Shown here: in pieces, positions 36,571 to 49,275 of the stretch | Numbering within the stretch: the first letter of the stretch is position 1 | How the letters are laid out: each line of letters starts with the position of its first letter | Assembly: GCF_018350175.1 (NCBI RefSeq) | Contig: NC_058368.1 | Location: forward strand, 104,534,001-104,598,000 | Length of the DNA stretch: 64,000 nt | DNA from: Felis catus | Lineage: Eukaryota | Direction: 5' to 3' | The notes under the pieces: generated by a model | Databases searched by the model: none | The model's input: only the letters and a program-made list of their open reading frames with translations | Told to the model about the DNA's origin: nothing | Position numbers and translations under genes: made by a program

Positions 36571-38420
36571 CATTTCCTCCGAGTTCTTACACAGAGTTCA
36601 ACTATTTTTCCTTGCCTGAAAACTTTTAAGCTTCTAATTGAGCATATCTATGCTCAGAAGTATGTATAATTATCGTAAATACTTAACATAGCTTATTAAA
36701 TTCAAAAGAGGTGATTTGTTTAACCTCACACATTGTAGCAATCATTAGCCTAATTTCAAAATGATTAAGTAAATATTGGAAATGAATGCCATTCTTAAAA
36801 GTCATCACTACCTGTCTTTCACTGTCAGTATCGACATTATAAATGATAGGTGTGATTTTCAGGTGATTGCTGGGTGCTTTCTTCTTCATCTCTCAGAGTG
36901 ATGATGTGTAACCCAAATCCAGCTGAAACCTCAGAGGAGTTTGTATATGTAATTGATAATTTATGTTGGTACAGCTTTTTACAAATTGTTTTTTTTTTTA
37001 AATAATATATCATCTCAGATGCACTGAAAACTCTGAGTTAATTAAAGCAGGTTTCATTTTTTCTTGCCAAAAATTGAAGTTCGAAGAGACTGGTGATTTG
37101 TCCAAATCCACACAATATAAATGTTGGAGTTGCTTTTACAACCCTGGGTCATCTGACTCCAAATTCCATTCCTCTCCTGATGCTTTAAGTGATTTTTCCC
37201 TTCAAAGCAACATCCAGGAAGTTTTCAGGCAAAAAACACAGTAAAGCCATGAGGAGAGGTATCATTTATTTTATTCGTAATTTTCAGTATCTGCACTATG
37301 TAATTTGTAATTTTCATATCTGCACTATTAAGAAAACTGCGCCATACCCTTGACATTTTTCCAGGGTAAGCACCCTGCCTTCGATATTCTACCGTGTTGA
37401 TGCTTCCTAGTTTTCAAAATTATCTTTAATTATCCAAAAGATAAATAAATAAACTGGAGGAATAGGGAAAGAAGCACATAACATAAACTTTCAAGTCAAC
37501 ATTCCAAATGAAAAGAAATGTTTTGCCACACACATTTGGGCTTACAGTCTGTGATAAGCAGCAGACCAGTGTTCAGCTTCATGCTGCTTTTCTGAAGCCC
37601 CTTTATTTATTTTTCATTAATCTGTCTCCCTTGTGTGCCTGGTGCTCAGTAATCTGCTCATCTGTAGCATGATCTATACTATAATCCATCGCTTCTCCCT
37701 CCATGCATTTTAATGAAGCAATTTTTGCCTCCTTTACATAACTGCTGTCCCGATTTCATAGTACAACATAACCATTCATTGTCACATCATTGAAAGGAAA
37801 TCTTTAAAGGAATACCTCAAAATGAGATAGATACAGAATTTTTTATGCCCTCCCCCCCTTTCTTAAGAGGGCTTTGTGAATTCAGCAGAATTTCATCATT
37901 TCATGTTCAGTAGATGCCCAGGTTTGGAATTAGATGACCCTGGACACCAATCCGAGTGAGAAGAACATCGGCCCCTGTGCCCTCTTCATGTCCCATCCCT
38001 TGGCGGGGTGCTTGGATTTCCTGCCCCATGCCCTGGGGTAGTGTTTGTAGCTGAAGAACCATAGCGGGCTGAGCAGGAAGTGCTTGCTTGTCCTTGCAGT
38101 TTGTTTCTGTCTTCCTGCTCGCTTGTTTTGCTCCTCTGTTGCCTGGTCACTGGCCTGGCCTTGTACCTTTTGCTCTGCTCTTCCCACTGGGCTTGGCACA
38201 CTCCAGGCCTGTGTTTGTCTGCCCGGCTTCTCACCGTTGCTCTCTTTGTGAGTCTCATTCGTGGCCTTGTTCTAATGCTGGTATCCTGGCTAATGTCCCT
38301 CTCCTGGCTGTTCAGGGAGCCAGGAAACTCCTTGTCCTGAAATTCTTCCACACCCTGCATCAGTTTGCATTCATTGCTTGTCTTTTCACCCCCTTCTTTT
38401 TTGTAAAAAATTGTTTATTT

Positions 38421-38632
38421 GGGTTACCTGGGTGACTCAGTCGGTTAAGTGTCCGACTTCAGCTTGGGTCATGATCTTGTGGTTCTACGGTTCAAGCCCC
38501 GTGTCGGGCTCTATGCTGACAGCTCAGAGCCTGGAGCCTGTTTCAGATTCTGTGTCTCCCTCTCTGTCTGCCCCTCCCCAGCTCATACTCTGTCTCTCTC
38601 TGCCTCTCAAAAATGAGTAAATGTTAAAAAAC
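38421..38632 (+). mobile_element. SINEC_Fc inserted in the tail of an oppositely oriented SINE
   Basis: gggttacctgggtgactcagtcggttaag...ctcaaaaatgagtaaatgttaaaa. Confidence 0.92.
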
Positions 38633-38635
38633 AAA

Positions 38636-38810
38636 AGTTTATTTATTTATTTTGAGAGAGCACACACGTGCACGAGCAGAGGAGGAGCAAAGAGAGAAAG
38701 GGAGAGAGAATCCCAAGCAGGCTCCATGCTCAATCTCACAAACTGTGAGATCATGACCTGAGCTGGAATCAAGAGTAGGACGCTTAACTGGCTGAGCCAC
38801 CCAGGCGCTC
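38636..38810 (-). mobile_element. SINEC
   Basis: gagagaatcccaagcaggctcc...ctgagccacccaggcgctcc. Confidence 0.9.
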
Positions 38811-38980
38811 CATCTCTTCATCCCTTCTTAATCCTGCTTTAGATTTCTGGAACATTCATTCATTCATTCATTCAGCAACCAACTATTAAATGCCTGAGGT
38901 GTGTTGTTGACATAAAGGTAAATAAGATATAGGCTCTGCCCATACGGAATTCACAAACTAGATGATAAACAGACATAAAA

Positions 38981-39152
38981 AGGGGCAGATCTAGATTCTG
39001 TGGGACCTGAAGCTTATACAAATTTGGGGGCCCTTACTAAGAAAAAGAATGCAAAATTCTGAATACTCATTTAGGAAAGGGCCTTGGAAGGAGTCTATAT
39101 GAGCAGAGGCCCTAAATCTAGCTTCATTAACTACGTGGTAAATTCACTTGTG
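38981..39152. mobile_element. MER53-like hAT MITE
   Basis: aggggcagatctagattctgtgggacctgaagcttatacaaatttgggggccc...agcttcattaactacgtggtaaattcac. Confidence 0.8.
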
Positions 39153-39262
39153 TTTAAAAGGGGTCAAATTCTGGAGTAGAAATAAGCAAGGCACCAAGGA
39201 AGGGCAACTCATCCATACCTGGAGGTCAGGGATGGTTTCCTGGAAAGGCTATCTCTAATCAG

Positions 39263-39492
39263 GTTTTTTATTTTTAAGTTTATTTATTATTTGAGAGAGA
39301 GAGAGATTGTGTGCATGCACACACACGAGCAAGGGAGGGGCACAGAGACAGGGAGAGAGAGAGAATCTCAAGCGGGCTCTGCATTGTCAGCACAGGGCCC
39401 GACATGAGTCTCGAACTCAGGAACCATGAGATCATGATCTGAGCCGAAATCAAGAGTCAGACATTTAACCGACTGAGTCCCCCAGGCGCCCC
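39263..39492 (-). mobile_element. SINEC
   Basis: Canonical body; TSD ctat(c/t)tctaatca. Confidence 0.92.
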
Positions 39493-41823
39493 TATTTCTA
39501 ATCACTTTTAAAGGCTATGTTTTAACTAGATGATGAGCAGGGGAAGGAGAAAGAGGCAGACAGGACATCCATGCAGAGGGTCCAGCATATAGGTGAAGAC
39601 CACAGTAGTGAGTCCTGGGTGCTGGCAGCAGTGTTCTTTTGCTGGAGTGTAAAGAATGTCATGGGTAGAACGAAACTCTGAGGCTGGAGAAGGAAGCTGG
39701 TACTAAAGCCCTGAGCATCTACGCCACAGTCAGGATCTTGGGCTTTTCTTTTTACTTAGATTTTCATCTCACACAGACCACTCTGGCAAGAAAATATGCA
39801 CGTGTGGATATCAGGGGATGTGGCAGTTGTTCCAACAAGAGGTGACAGAGCTGTGAACTAAAGTCATAACAGCAGGAGTGAAGAGAAGAGAGAGATTAGA
39901 TGTAGGACTGATGGAGGGGAGAGAGGAAGCATAGGCTTTCTACCCTGGGCCAGTGAGCGGATGGTAGATCATCAGATGAGAACGGGGGTAGAGACAGAAG
40001 ATGGCTTAAAGGGAGACAATATGTTTAGTTTTAGGGCAACTCATTTAGAAAAATGATGTTGAGTCTGAGGCTGGGGCCGAAGTGTGGGCACTAGGGGCAG
40101 GTTAAGAAAGCATTCATACACAGGTAGTGATTGAGAGCAAGGGAATGAATGAACTAACCCCGGGGGGTATGGAGATAAGGAAGCACAGGAACTCGGAAAG
40201 GGAACTTGGGAAGGTGTTGGAACAAACCACAGGGATGTCTGAGGACAGGAGAGTCTGGTGTCATAGCAGCACTAAGAGTAACCAACATCAATCTGCTAAA
40301 TGCCCTAGTCTTGCAGTAAAAAGATCACAAAATTCGCCTTGGATTTGTCCACAGGAAGTAATGAGAGATGCAGATGAGGTCGTGGTGGGAATAAACCAAA
40401 TTTCCATAGACTGAGTGAGAGGCAGAAGGAGTGACGCCAGGGACACTGTAGGGAGAGTTTTGGAAGAGCAACGCTTAAGAGGTTTTGGGCTGTGATTGGC
40501 TCCAGTGACTAGTATCCAAGGGCACTTTTTCAAGATGGAAGATACTTCAGTATTTTTCTTTTTTTAAAGATGGTAGATGCTTGAGCATGTTTATAGACAG
40601 ACAGAGAGGTTAAATATTCAGAAGGTGGGATGACACAAGGCCCTTTTATCTATGACCCTGTCTGCCCCTCTTCCCTGGGAACTCCCAGCTCTGGATCCTG
40701 TTTCTCCTTCCAGAAGATGAAATTTGTCCCTTTCCCATTTGGAGAATATAGGTCTGTCTGGTTGGTCTTCAGATCTTTTCTGTTTTCTGTCAACTCAGAG
40801 GTTCAGTGATTGATTTATTGAAGGCCCAAAGAAACATAAGAGTGTTTGCTGGCCTGTGGGGGTCCTGAGTCAGCACAGAATGAGAACAGAGGAAGAATAA
40901 CATTGTTAGCCTCCGACATCCCTCTCTTTCTGTAATCCTTGCTTCCTCATGGACTTGGCTGGCAGGGAACTGTTGGCGTCAATGGGAATAGCCTTATTTT
41001 GGGGTGGAAAAAGTTCAGGAAGTGGTCAGTCTGCTCTTACTTCTGCAAACCTGTGACTGAGGCCGCTATTGAAAGCGCCGGTATCCATTCTAGAGGCTGA
41101 GGAACTCAAAAGCTCTGTCCCAGAAGCCATCTCAAAGCTGTGGCACTGAGATCCCCATTTGCTAGCAGCCGAGAGCAGAGAAAAGTTGGCATGGACAATA
41201 AACGTGAAAATGCTTTATAAACCAGAACATGCTCTACAAACGTCAGTTATTGCCTTCCGTTCTGAAAGCTGGCTGCAGAAATATTTGCCCAAAGACCCCA
41301 CCGTAACTCAGAGGCACTTGTATTTCTTTTTAAAGCATGTGTTTTACTGTGGCGTAGGAAACTAAACTTCGTTTTTTGCCTGATGCCCACCTGACAGACT
41401 TGGGGCAATAAGAAGTCTCTGACCGTCTCTCGTGTACTGCCCAAGTGTGTGTTGGGGCAGGTCTGTTATCAAGTAACCACAACATGAAATGAAGAGCGCT
41501 TCTCCACCATGCCTCCTCGATGGCTGTGTGAATAATAAAGAGCCAATAAACATCACAGCGCTAAAGCCCAATTGGTATTAGTGTGGTAAAGACTTTCATC
41601 CATTTCAGGGGAAAAATATATGTACTGCTGAGTTATAATCAGCGGAATGATGAGCAATATGGGCAAATAACAAACAAAAACAAAAAGAAAAACATTAGGC
41701 TTCACGGTGGGTAACACATTTACCATTAGTGCTCAGAAATGGACTGAAGTTAAAAAAAAAGAAATAAAAAAAAAAAAGAAATAGACTGAAGTTAAAACAG
41801 GAATATTAAAAAAAAAAAATGCA

Positions 41824-41915
41824 GGGGCGCATGGCTGGCTCAGTCGATAGAGCATGTTACTTTTGATCTCAGGGTTGGGAGTTCAAGCCCCATGTTGGGT
41901 ACAGAGATTACTTAA
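41824..41915 (+). mobile_element. Short tRNA-Lys-derived SINEC
   Basis: ggggcgcatggctggctcagtcgatagagcatg...gttcaagccccatgttgggtacagagattactt. Confidence 0.85.
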
Positions 41916-42775
41916 GGGAAGAAATCCAAATAGGAGCATTGTCTTGTGTGGTCTGATTTTTAGAGACAAGGGAATCCAAATCCAATCATTCTTTCCCAAA
42001 CCGATTTATCTGTATCTTACCTGTTGGTACATGAATATTGAATTCAAGCCTTTGTTCCTGGTTAAAACACACATTCTTGGGAAAAGTAGCATTTAAAATT
42101 TTTTATCATTATCCCTAAGTGTGAATGAGTTTCTGGTTTTTTCTCTGAAGTACGATATGGGTTCCTAAGTAGGAGTGGGAGGGGGGGAGAGTCAAGGCAA
42201 GGGGCCGCCAGAGATTCAATTTCCCAGTTTGCCTGGGACCAGGCCAGAAGTGGTGGTATTTTACCCCGTACCCATCCTTCTCTGTGGTCCAAGAGCCCCA
42301 GTTTTCACTGTGCATAAACCTGTGTCCTGCCTGAGACCACATTTCTAAATTTCCCCCATCTCACTCCTTCCACCGAGGGTTGCCAATCAGACACAGGCAC
42401 AAGTTACTTGTAACTCTCAAGAACACTCCTTGAAAAAGGGACAGACCTCGAAGAAGCATTTTTTTTGCCTTCCTACCTCATTTATCCTTCGTTCTGCTCC
42501 GAATGAAGATACGAGGGCCCACAAAAGGCTGGTGCTCTAAGCAGCCACCTTAAAAGCATAAGGATAAGAATGAGCACTCTCAGAAAAGAGCTGAAAGTGA
42601 CCTCGGTTTCCCCTAACAACAGGGACTTCTCACAGCAGCCCCGCGCGGCTCACCTTTGGATTTCTTATTACACAAGAAAGCAATAAATCTAAAACCATCC
42701 TTTTTTCAGGTCTCTGCCTACTCACAGTTGAACTCAATTCCTAACTGATGCAGATGTAGATACATTTTGTAGTAA

Positions 42776-42802
<27 letters not shown>
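42776..42802. repeat. (CA)n microsatellite
   Basis: Perfect run. Confidence 0.93.
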
Positions 42803-42807
<5 letters not shown>

Positions 42808-43809
42808 ATAAAATTTTAAAACACTGGGCAGAGTTCCGTGTCCATATCTGGATTCCACACCCACAGATGGATATGGACACTTGGTAAGCTTTCAGAGAAG
42901 ACCCCTGCACACACATACACGTATTACCTTGTCCAAGTACATTTATCAGACCCATGATTGTCTGTTGTATGCCACGGAATCTCCTTGTTTTCAAGTCGTT
43001 CGCAATCTGTGATAGATCACACAGATGCAAGCATTATAAAATATTTGAAAAACAATAGCTGCAAAGTCAAGTTAAAAAGACTAGACATATTTGGAGAGAA
43101 TATAAAAAGTGATATAGAATGTCTACCCGAGAGGATCATTGTGCAAAGAATTTTGACCTGGCAGTTCACATATCATGTGAGAGCAAAACCAGTGGCAAAG
43201 ATATTGATCTAGAGAGGATTTTTAGTGAAATGGGAGTTCAGAGGTGAATTCACTGAGAAGCCAGGGACACTTACCCTTCAAGGCCCTCATCGACATGGGC
43301 TCCTTCTAACGTCTTAGGAGATGGGCTAGACGCATGTCCCCGTATTCGTCTGTGTTTCTAACATGTGCAAAAGCAATTCATTTTAATTGCAATCAGTTCA
43401 GATCACTGTTTCTTTCCCGTTTGACTTTCCCTGTGTCATACTTCCCCTTTTGTTGGATGGTGGTGGAACAGGTGGGGCATTTCGGGGATCCAAGTAAGAG
43501 GAAATTGAGCCAAGGGTACCTTTAGTTTGCATTTAGCGGGACACAGTTATGGGGACCACAGGCACTTCCCTGCGTAGTTACGTGATTCCTAGGCATCTGG
43601 CATGGGAATGGCTTCCAGGAATACTCCTTCTGTCCACCGTAGTGGCATCATGAGCTGAAGGTGTGGAGCCAGAGGTCACACAGAGTGATATCAATGCGTC
43701 TTGCGGCTTTCAGTACTAGAAGTGTTTGAAGAGCAGAGCAGAACCATGTGTGAAATGTATAGAGCCGGAAGCTACTCCAGATAATTCTTTCAATCATATT
43801 TATACTTAA

Positions 43810-44008
43810 AAAATTTTTTTAATGTTTTGTTTACTTTTTAGAGGTGGGGAAGGGGGAGAGGACTAGGGGGAGAGGAGGACAGAAGATCCGAAGCAGGCTC
43901 CACGCTGACAGCAGCGAGCCCAACATGGGGCTTGAACTTATGAACCCTGAGATCCTGACCAGAGCCAAAGTCGGTTGCTTAACTGACTGACCCACCTAGG
44001 CACCCCCA
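43810..44008 (-). mobile_element. SINEC
   Basis: Canonical body; caatcat repeated on both sides. Confidence 0.9.
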
Positions 44009-44019
44009 CAATCATTTGT

Positions 44020-44827
44020 ATAATTTTTTTATTGTATTTTTAAATCGTGGCAAAATAGACATGCCAGATTTACCTTGTTCACCATTTTTTTTAAAGTTTT
44101 TAAGTTTTGTATCTTTTTTTTTTTATTATGAAATTTATTGTCAAATTGGTTTCCATACAACACCCAGTGCTCATCCCAACAGGTGCCCTCCTCAATACCC
44201 ATCACCCACCCTCCTCTCCCTCCCACCCCCCATAAACCCTCAGTTTGTTTTCAGTTTTTAGGAGTCTCTTATGTTTTGGCTCCCTCCCTGTCTAACCATT
44301 TTTTTTCCTTCCCCTCCCCCATGGTCTTCTGTTAAGTTCCATGTTCACCATTTTTAAGTGCACAGTTCAATGGCATTAAGAACATTTACATTATTCTGTA
44401 GCCATCACCACCATGTATCCACAAGACTCTTCACCATGCAAAACTGAAACTCTGGAGCCATTAAACAATAGGTCCCCCCCATTTCCCGCTGCCACCGTCG
44501 CCCCTGTAATCACTATCCTACTTTCCGTCTCTATGAATTTGACTGCTCTAGATAACCTCATGTAAGTGGAATCATACAACATTTGTCCTTCTGTGACTGA
44601 CATATTTCATTTAGTATAATGTCTGCAAGGTTCGTGTATGTTATAGCATGTGTCAGAATCTCATTCATTTTTAATGCTGTATAATATTCCATCGTACGGA
44701 TTTACCACACTTTGTTTATCTGTTCATCTTTTGACGGACACCTCTTGGCTTTTGTGAATAATGCTGCTATGAACATGGATGCAAATACCTCTTCAAGACC
44801 TTGCTTTCAATTCTTTTGGATATACCT
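44020..44827 (-). mobile_element. L1MB-type LINE 3' end
   Basis: tttttaagtgcacagttcaatggcattaag...tctatgaatttgactgctctagataacctcatgtaagtggaatcatacaa. Confidence 0.85.
44090..44338 (-). mobile_element. Short 5'-truncated feline L1 (3' UTR only) inside L1MB
   Basis: Reverse complement closely matches the 3' UTR at 60825-61045; TSD cc(t/a)tgttcaccattttt at 44073 and 44339. Confidence 0.92.
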
Positions 44828-46789
44828 GGCGTGAAAAATCTTATGTGGAGGATTATGTTCTCATTGATGCCTAGTTAAAATGGAAGTTCTCTCCTATAAG
44901 GAATATTTTTTAATGCAGTGCGTGCAGTTGCAAAAACTCCACATATATAGTCTTTTTCCTTTTCGATGGGAATTGCACAACATAGAATCTATCAGAATTC
45001 CTATACTCGCAGGCACAAACCTATAGTAGTACTACAAAACACTGATGATGTCCATGTGCGAAGGCCCGTTTTATGTATCCCAGCTATCAAAAAAATATTT
45101 TGATCAACCAAACACTGATGTGTCTTTCTATTTTCCCTAGAGGAAATCTTATACATTTTAAATTTTATAAAATGATTCTAATGAAGACTGATCAAACGTT
45201 ATGGCCGGAGGGGCTGCTAATCTTTAAGTCTTCCCAGGAGAGTAAGAGAAAACATTTGTGTTCTATCCCTTTAAAGTGGCAAAGAGAACAAGGGAAAAAT
45301 ACATACAGTCAAGCTCCAGTATGAAAAGAGCCTCACTATTCGTATCCTGGCACACAAATGAGGAGGTTTAATAGAATTTGCGTCTAAATGAGCTTAGAGA
45401 TCCTCTCATCAACCCCTCTAATTTTACAGAGGAAGTACATGAAGTCCCTGGAGGGTAAATGATGCTGCCAAGATCAGGCCCTGTGGGTCACAGACAGGCC
45501 CCATTGCAGACCTTCTAGTCCTCAGTCTGGTGTGTTTTCTCTCTGTCACGTTCATGTTAGATGTGGTGGGGAAGTTTTAGACAGAGTTGTTCAATGCCAT
45601 ATTAATACCATTTTACGAAAATGGATTTAGAAATTTTTGCTGGAGGTTTAAAAACACTGAGTCAGTTCTCATTTATTTGGGTTGGCTTGAGCGTATGGCC
45701 TGCCTGAAGGTTTCAGAAAAGGGTAGATAAATTTTCAAGATCATTTTACCCTTAATAGTGTATGATTTTCATTCATCCATCCTCTTTAGCAAGAATTTCT
45801 TGAGGCATCTTCTATAAACAGAGCACGATATTGCACACACAGAATAAAATAATAGGATAAAAAGTGGACTGTAAAACATGGAGCTCCCAGCTCGGATGCG
45901 GGGCAGAACCACCCCACTCAGGTGCCTAAGCAAAAGGACAGGAGGTCCTAGGTATAAACTGTACATAGGCGGTGACTGAATAAAATCTTCATTGGCCAAG
46001 GCCTCTGCTAGGGCTTCTGCCGTGGAGGTGAACAAAACACCCAAATACAGTGCGTTTGGTTCACCTGAAAATGAGGGTGTGTGATAGTTGTGAATCCTTG
46101 CTATCATCGTTAAAAACTCCCATTGACTGAAACCAGCTGTTCCTGTTTCTGCTGTGTTGGGGAGAGGAGATGTTCAGTTTCCCAGCCTGTAAATAAGCAG
46201 CCATAGATGTGTTTTTTTTTTTTAAAGCAAAATAAAACACCATCTGGGAGCTTAATATCCAGTTGGGGAGCAAACACTGTTCCCCACCCCCAACCAGTAT
46301 ACCCACATGCAAATTTAATAAGAGTAGATGGCACTTATCAAAATTATGATGAAGAGAATGGAATGCAGTAACATCTGTGTGGGCACAAGTGCTCATTGAG
46401 CTTCTCCTTAAATTAAGATGCATGTAAACATTGTCTTACACATTTAAGAGGCGTAAGCCATTATTTTCAGTGTTTTCCAAGGTAGGCATACTCCTCTTTA
46501 TAACCATGTTGAGGTTGGAGTGTATAAGTGAGCAGGTGTCTCAGGTGGTAATGGATCCCCTTGCTGCAGTGAGACTCACAACAAGGAAGCTTATGCAAGG
46601 AGATGGCTAGGAGGTGGTCATTGTCCCAGCTTGGGTGGGAGAAAAGAATCAAGGTAGATGTCTTGAAATCAGGTGCATTCTTATGTCCAGAATTTTATCC
46701 ACTATTTCTTTTGGCAGTGGGGGATGGGGAAGTAGACGTAAAGTTATATTAGTCTAGTCTGCAGTCTTCAAATGAACAAGACAAGATGA

Positions 46790-47565
46790 ATATATTAAAA
46801 AAAAAATACAGTGGAACCCTTCCATTTCCTACCTTGCCCTTTCTCTCAGTCGAGCCTCTCTGAGTTCTGGGCTCCCTGCTAGGAGATTCTCCTTAGCAAG
46901 GGGTGTGTGTGTGTGTGTGTGTGCGCGCGCACACACATGCATGTACATGTTAGGGGGTAGTGGGGGGAGATGGAAGTTGATGTGAGATGGGTTTGTCAAG
47001 AGTTTATCAAAAATCAGAAGGAGAGTCTCTGTACCCTGCTTCCCAAGCAGAGTGCTGGGAAAGTGATAAAAGCCTAGAAAGAAAGGGAGCAATTTGAGAC
47101 CAAAAGGGCCTTGTAACACTAAGAGTCCTGAGGAGGTTGAAAGACCCCAGAGAAGGGAATGTCTTCACAGAGTGTAGGCCTAGAGGGTGTGGACAAGTCT
47201 GTAGGTTCCAGCAGCTTTCCACATCCTAATCAAGCAAAGAATCACAAGATGATGGTGATGCCCAAACACGTGGCTTTGGAAGGAAGGGATAGAGTCAGAT
47301 GGATGGAATCAGGGGATGTCCTAGCCACCCTGCAGGGGCTGCAGCCAATGACCAGAGGCCTTCCTTCCCCAAACTTGGCATGACTTTGATCTCCTGGAAC
47401 TTAGACACAACCCAAGGGCAAGTCTCAGGGTTTCCAACTGACCAGGGAACTTCCAGTTGTCTGAGGGGATTAGGCCTTCCATATAGAAATTAAGTCTTAT
47501 GATAAAAGAATAAAGTTTTATTTCTGGCACGCCAGAATTTATTCACTGAGATTCATACCCACTAT
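46790..47565 (+). mobile_element. Ancient MamGypLTR-like LTR relic
   Basis: 3' end aataaagttttatttctggcacgccagaattt...ctgagattcatacccactata resembles recalled MamGypLTR1; 5' boundary uncertain. Confidence 0.45.
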
Positions 47566-48329
47566 ACCAATTTATTTTTCTCCCTAAAATATGTCTTAAA
47601 CAATTACTCTTGTCTTTCTTTGAACCGCTGAAGTTTCACAGGTATGATCTAGATAGAAATTCACACACTATTCACACACTAGTCAAGGAGTCAAGACTGC
47701 TTGACTCCTTGTGGTTTCCAGCCAATTTCCTGGTAACTGTGCAGAGTTTAGAAACTTCAGACTAAAGATTTGACATGACACTCTGTAGAAATAAAGCCTT
47801 TAGCAAAACCCACCAGAGCTGTCTTTCAAATGACTGGACTCTCTTCTGGAAACAATTCTGGGCAGGTTGTTGTGGGGGTCTGTATCTATCGAGACTCTCC
47901 CAGAATTTCACAATGTGGAAATTGAATTCATCACTTCAGTGTTAGTTAAACTCTTATGCACTAAAAACAGTAGCACTTTAGTAGAAGGCAGGAAATGAGG
48001 GAATAGAGTATGTCCTAAGCCAAAGCTTACCAGCTCCCGATTTGCTGGAGGCAGGGAGGCTGAGGAGGGAGTGAGTGATCAAAGACCAAGTCCTATAAAA
48101 CCACCTAAAACTTTATGGTCAGTTTGGTTTTAGCCGAGAAGCAAGGAAGGGAAGGCCAATTCCTCGAGTGCCAGATGAATGCTTGATAGGCACAAAAGTA
48201 GAAAGGTATGTGAACCTGCGTTGGTACTTAAGCAGGTGATCAAAAATAGAGATGGAAAGAAAGGCAAGATCAGGATTTCTACCCAGTTTAAGTCTTGCAC
48301 AGACTCTTTAAAACTCCTCTCCCTCCCCT

Positions 48330-48648
48330 TTAAAAAAATTGAAGTGAAATTCACACAGCATGAAATTAACTACATTAAAGTGTACAATTCAGTGGCTTTG
48401 AGCACATCCATGATGTTGTACAACTGCTACCTGTATCAAGTTCTAAATTATTTTCATCACCCCTGAAGTGGTCACTCCCCATTGTCTTTTGTCCTTGATC
48501 CCTGACAATCACCAGTCTTCTTTCTGTCTCTATGCATGCACTTTTTTTCTGCATATTTATATAAACGGAATCATATAGGTGGCCTTTTGCGTCTGGCTTC
48601 TTTTATTTAGTGTCATGTTTCTAAGTTTCACTCACGTCGTCCTAGCAT
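48330..48648 (-). mobile_element. L1MB-type 3' fragment
   Basis: ttgaagtgaaattcacacagcatgaaattaac...aaagtgtacaattcagtggc...ggaatcatata. Confidence 0.8.
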
Positions 48649-48814
48649 TAGAGTGCTTACTATTTGACACACTACTTTTGACGGAACACAGAAAAAGTAA
48701 CATTTACTTGTATATGTTTATCACAGTTTTGGAAAGAGGAGACTTAAGGTCTGGTTCATCTCTCCAAGTAGACCTCTTCCTATTCTGGATTCTTTATCCC
48801 CGTTTGAAATGGAC

Positions 48815-49275
48815 ATTGGTTGTGTTTGCTCACCCAGTCTCAGAGCCCCGGATAATAGCTCTTGATGTTGTGTAAGGCATGGTCTTTCCCCCACTCAGCC
48901 TTTGGAGTTCAGGTTAACGCTGATCCAACTTCCTCATCCCAGAGTGGGCACTGTTTTCAGATGCCTAATAAAAGGGTTCCCGTCTCCTTGGCTACAGTTC
49001 AAGAGGGTACATGCATGGATCCCTCTTGAAACTACAGAGATGTGTTTGCTTTCTGTTGGGCTTGAAGCTGGAAAGTGTAAGCCTGCTGGGTGTCTCCATG
49101 TGGAGAGCCAAGCCAATTCAAAAGAAAGCAGAGGGAAAAGGTGTGAGAGAGCTGAGTCCTGGTCCCATTGTTTGACCACTTTGACCAGCCCTGTTTAATT
49201 AGTTACAAATCTTTTTTTTTCTTTTCTTACCACAGTCTGAGTTGGATTTCTGTCACTTACACCTTGTCACTGCAA
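48815..49275 (+). mobile_element. Old MLT1 (J/K/L-like) LTR
   Basis: aagccaattcaaaagaaagcagaggg...agtcctggtcccattgtttgaccact...agtctgagttggatttctgtcactta. Confidence 0.6.

Larger units (their letters stand above)
38850..40620 (-). mobile_element. Long L2 relic with nested MER53 and SINE
   Basis: (ATTC)n tail at 38853-38873, then a degenerate L2 body. Confidence 0.65.
43239..45195 (+). mobile_element. Arthur1-like hAT-Tip100 DNA transposon fossil (43239-43797, resuming 44828-45195)
   Basis: cagaggtgaattcactgagaagc... start; ggaatggcttccaggaatactcc and ttctcattgatgcctagttaaaatggaagttctctcct match recalled Arthur1. Confidence 0.8.

Noticed and set aside
37930..38435. Several 86-124 aa ORFs on both strands
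   Set aside because: Pyrimidine/purine-skewed sequence with no splice or codon support; no recognisable homolog
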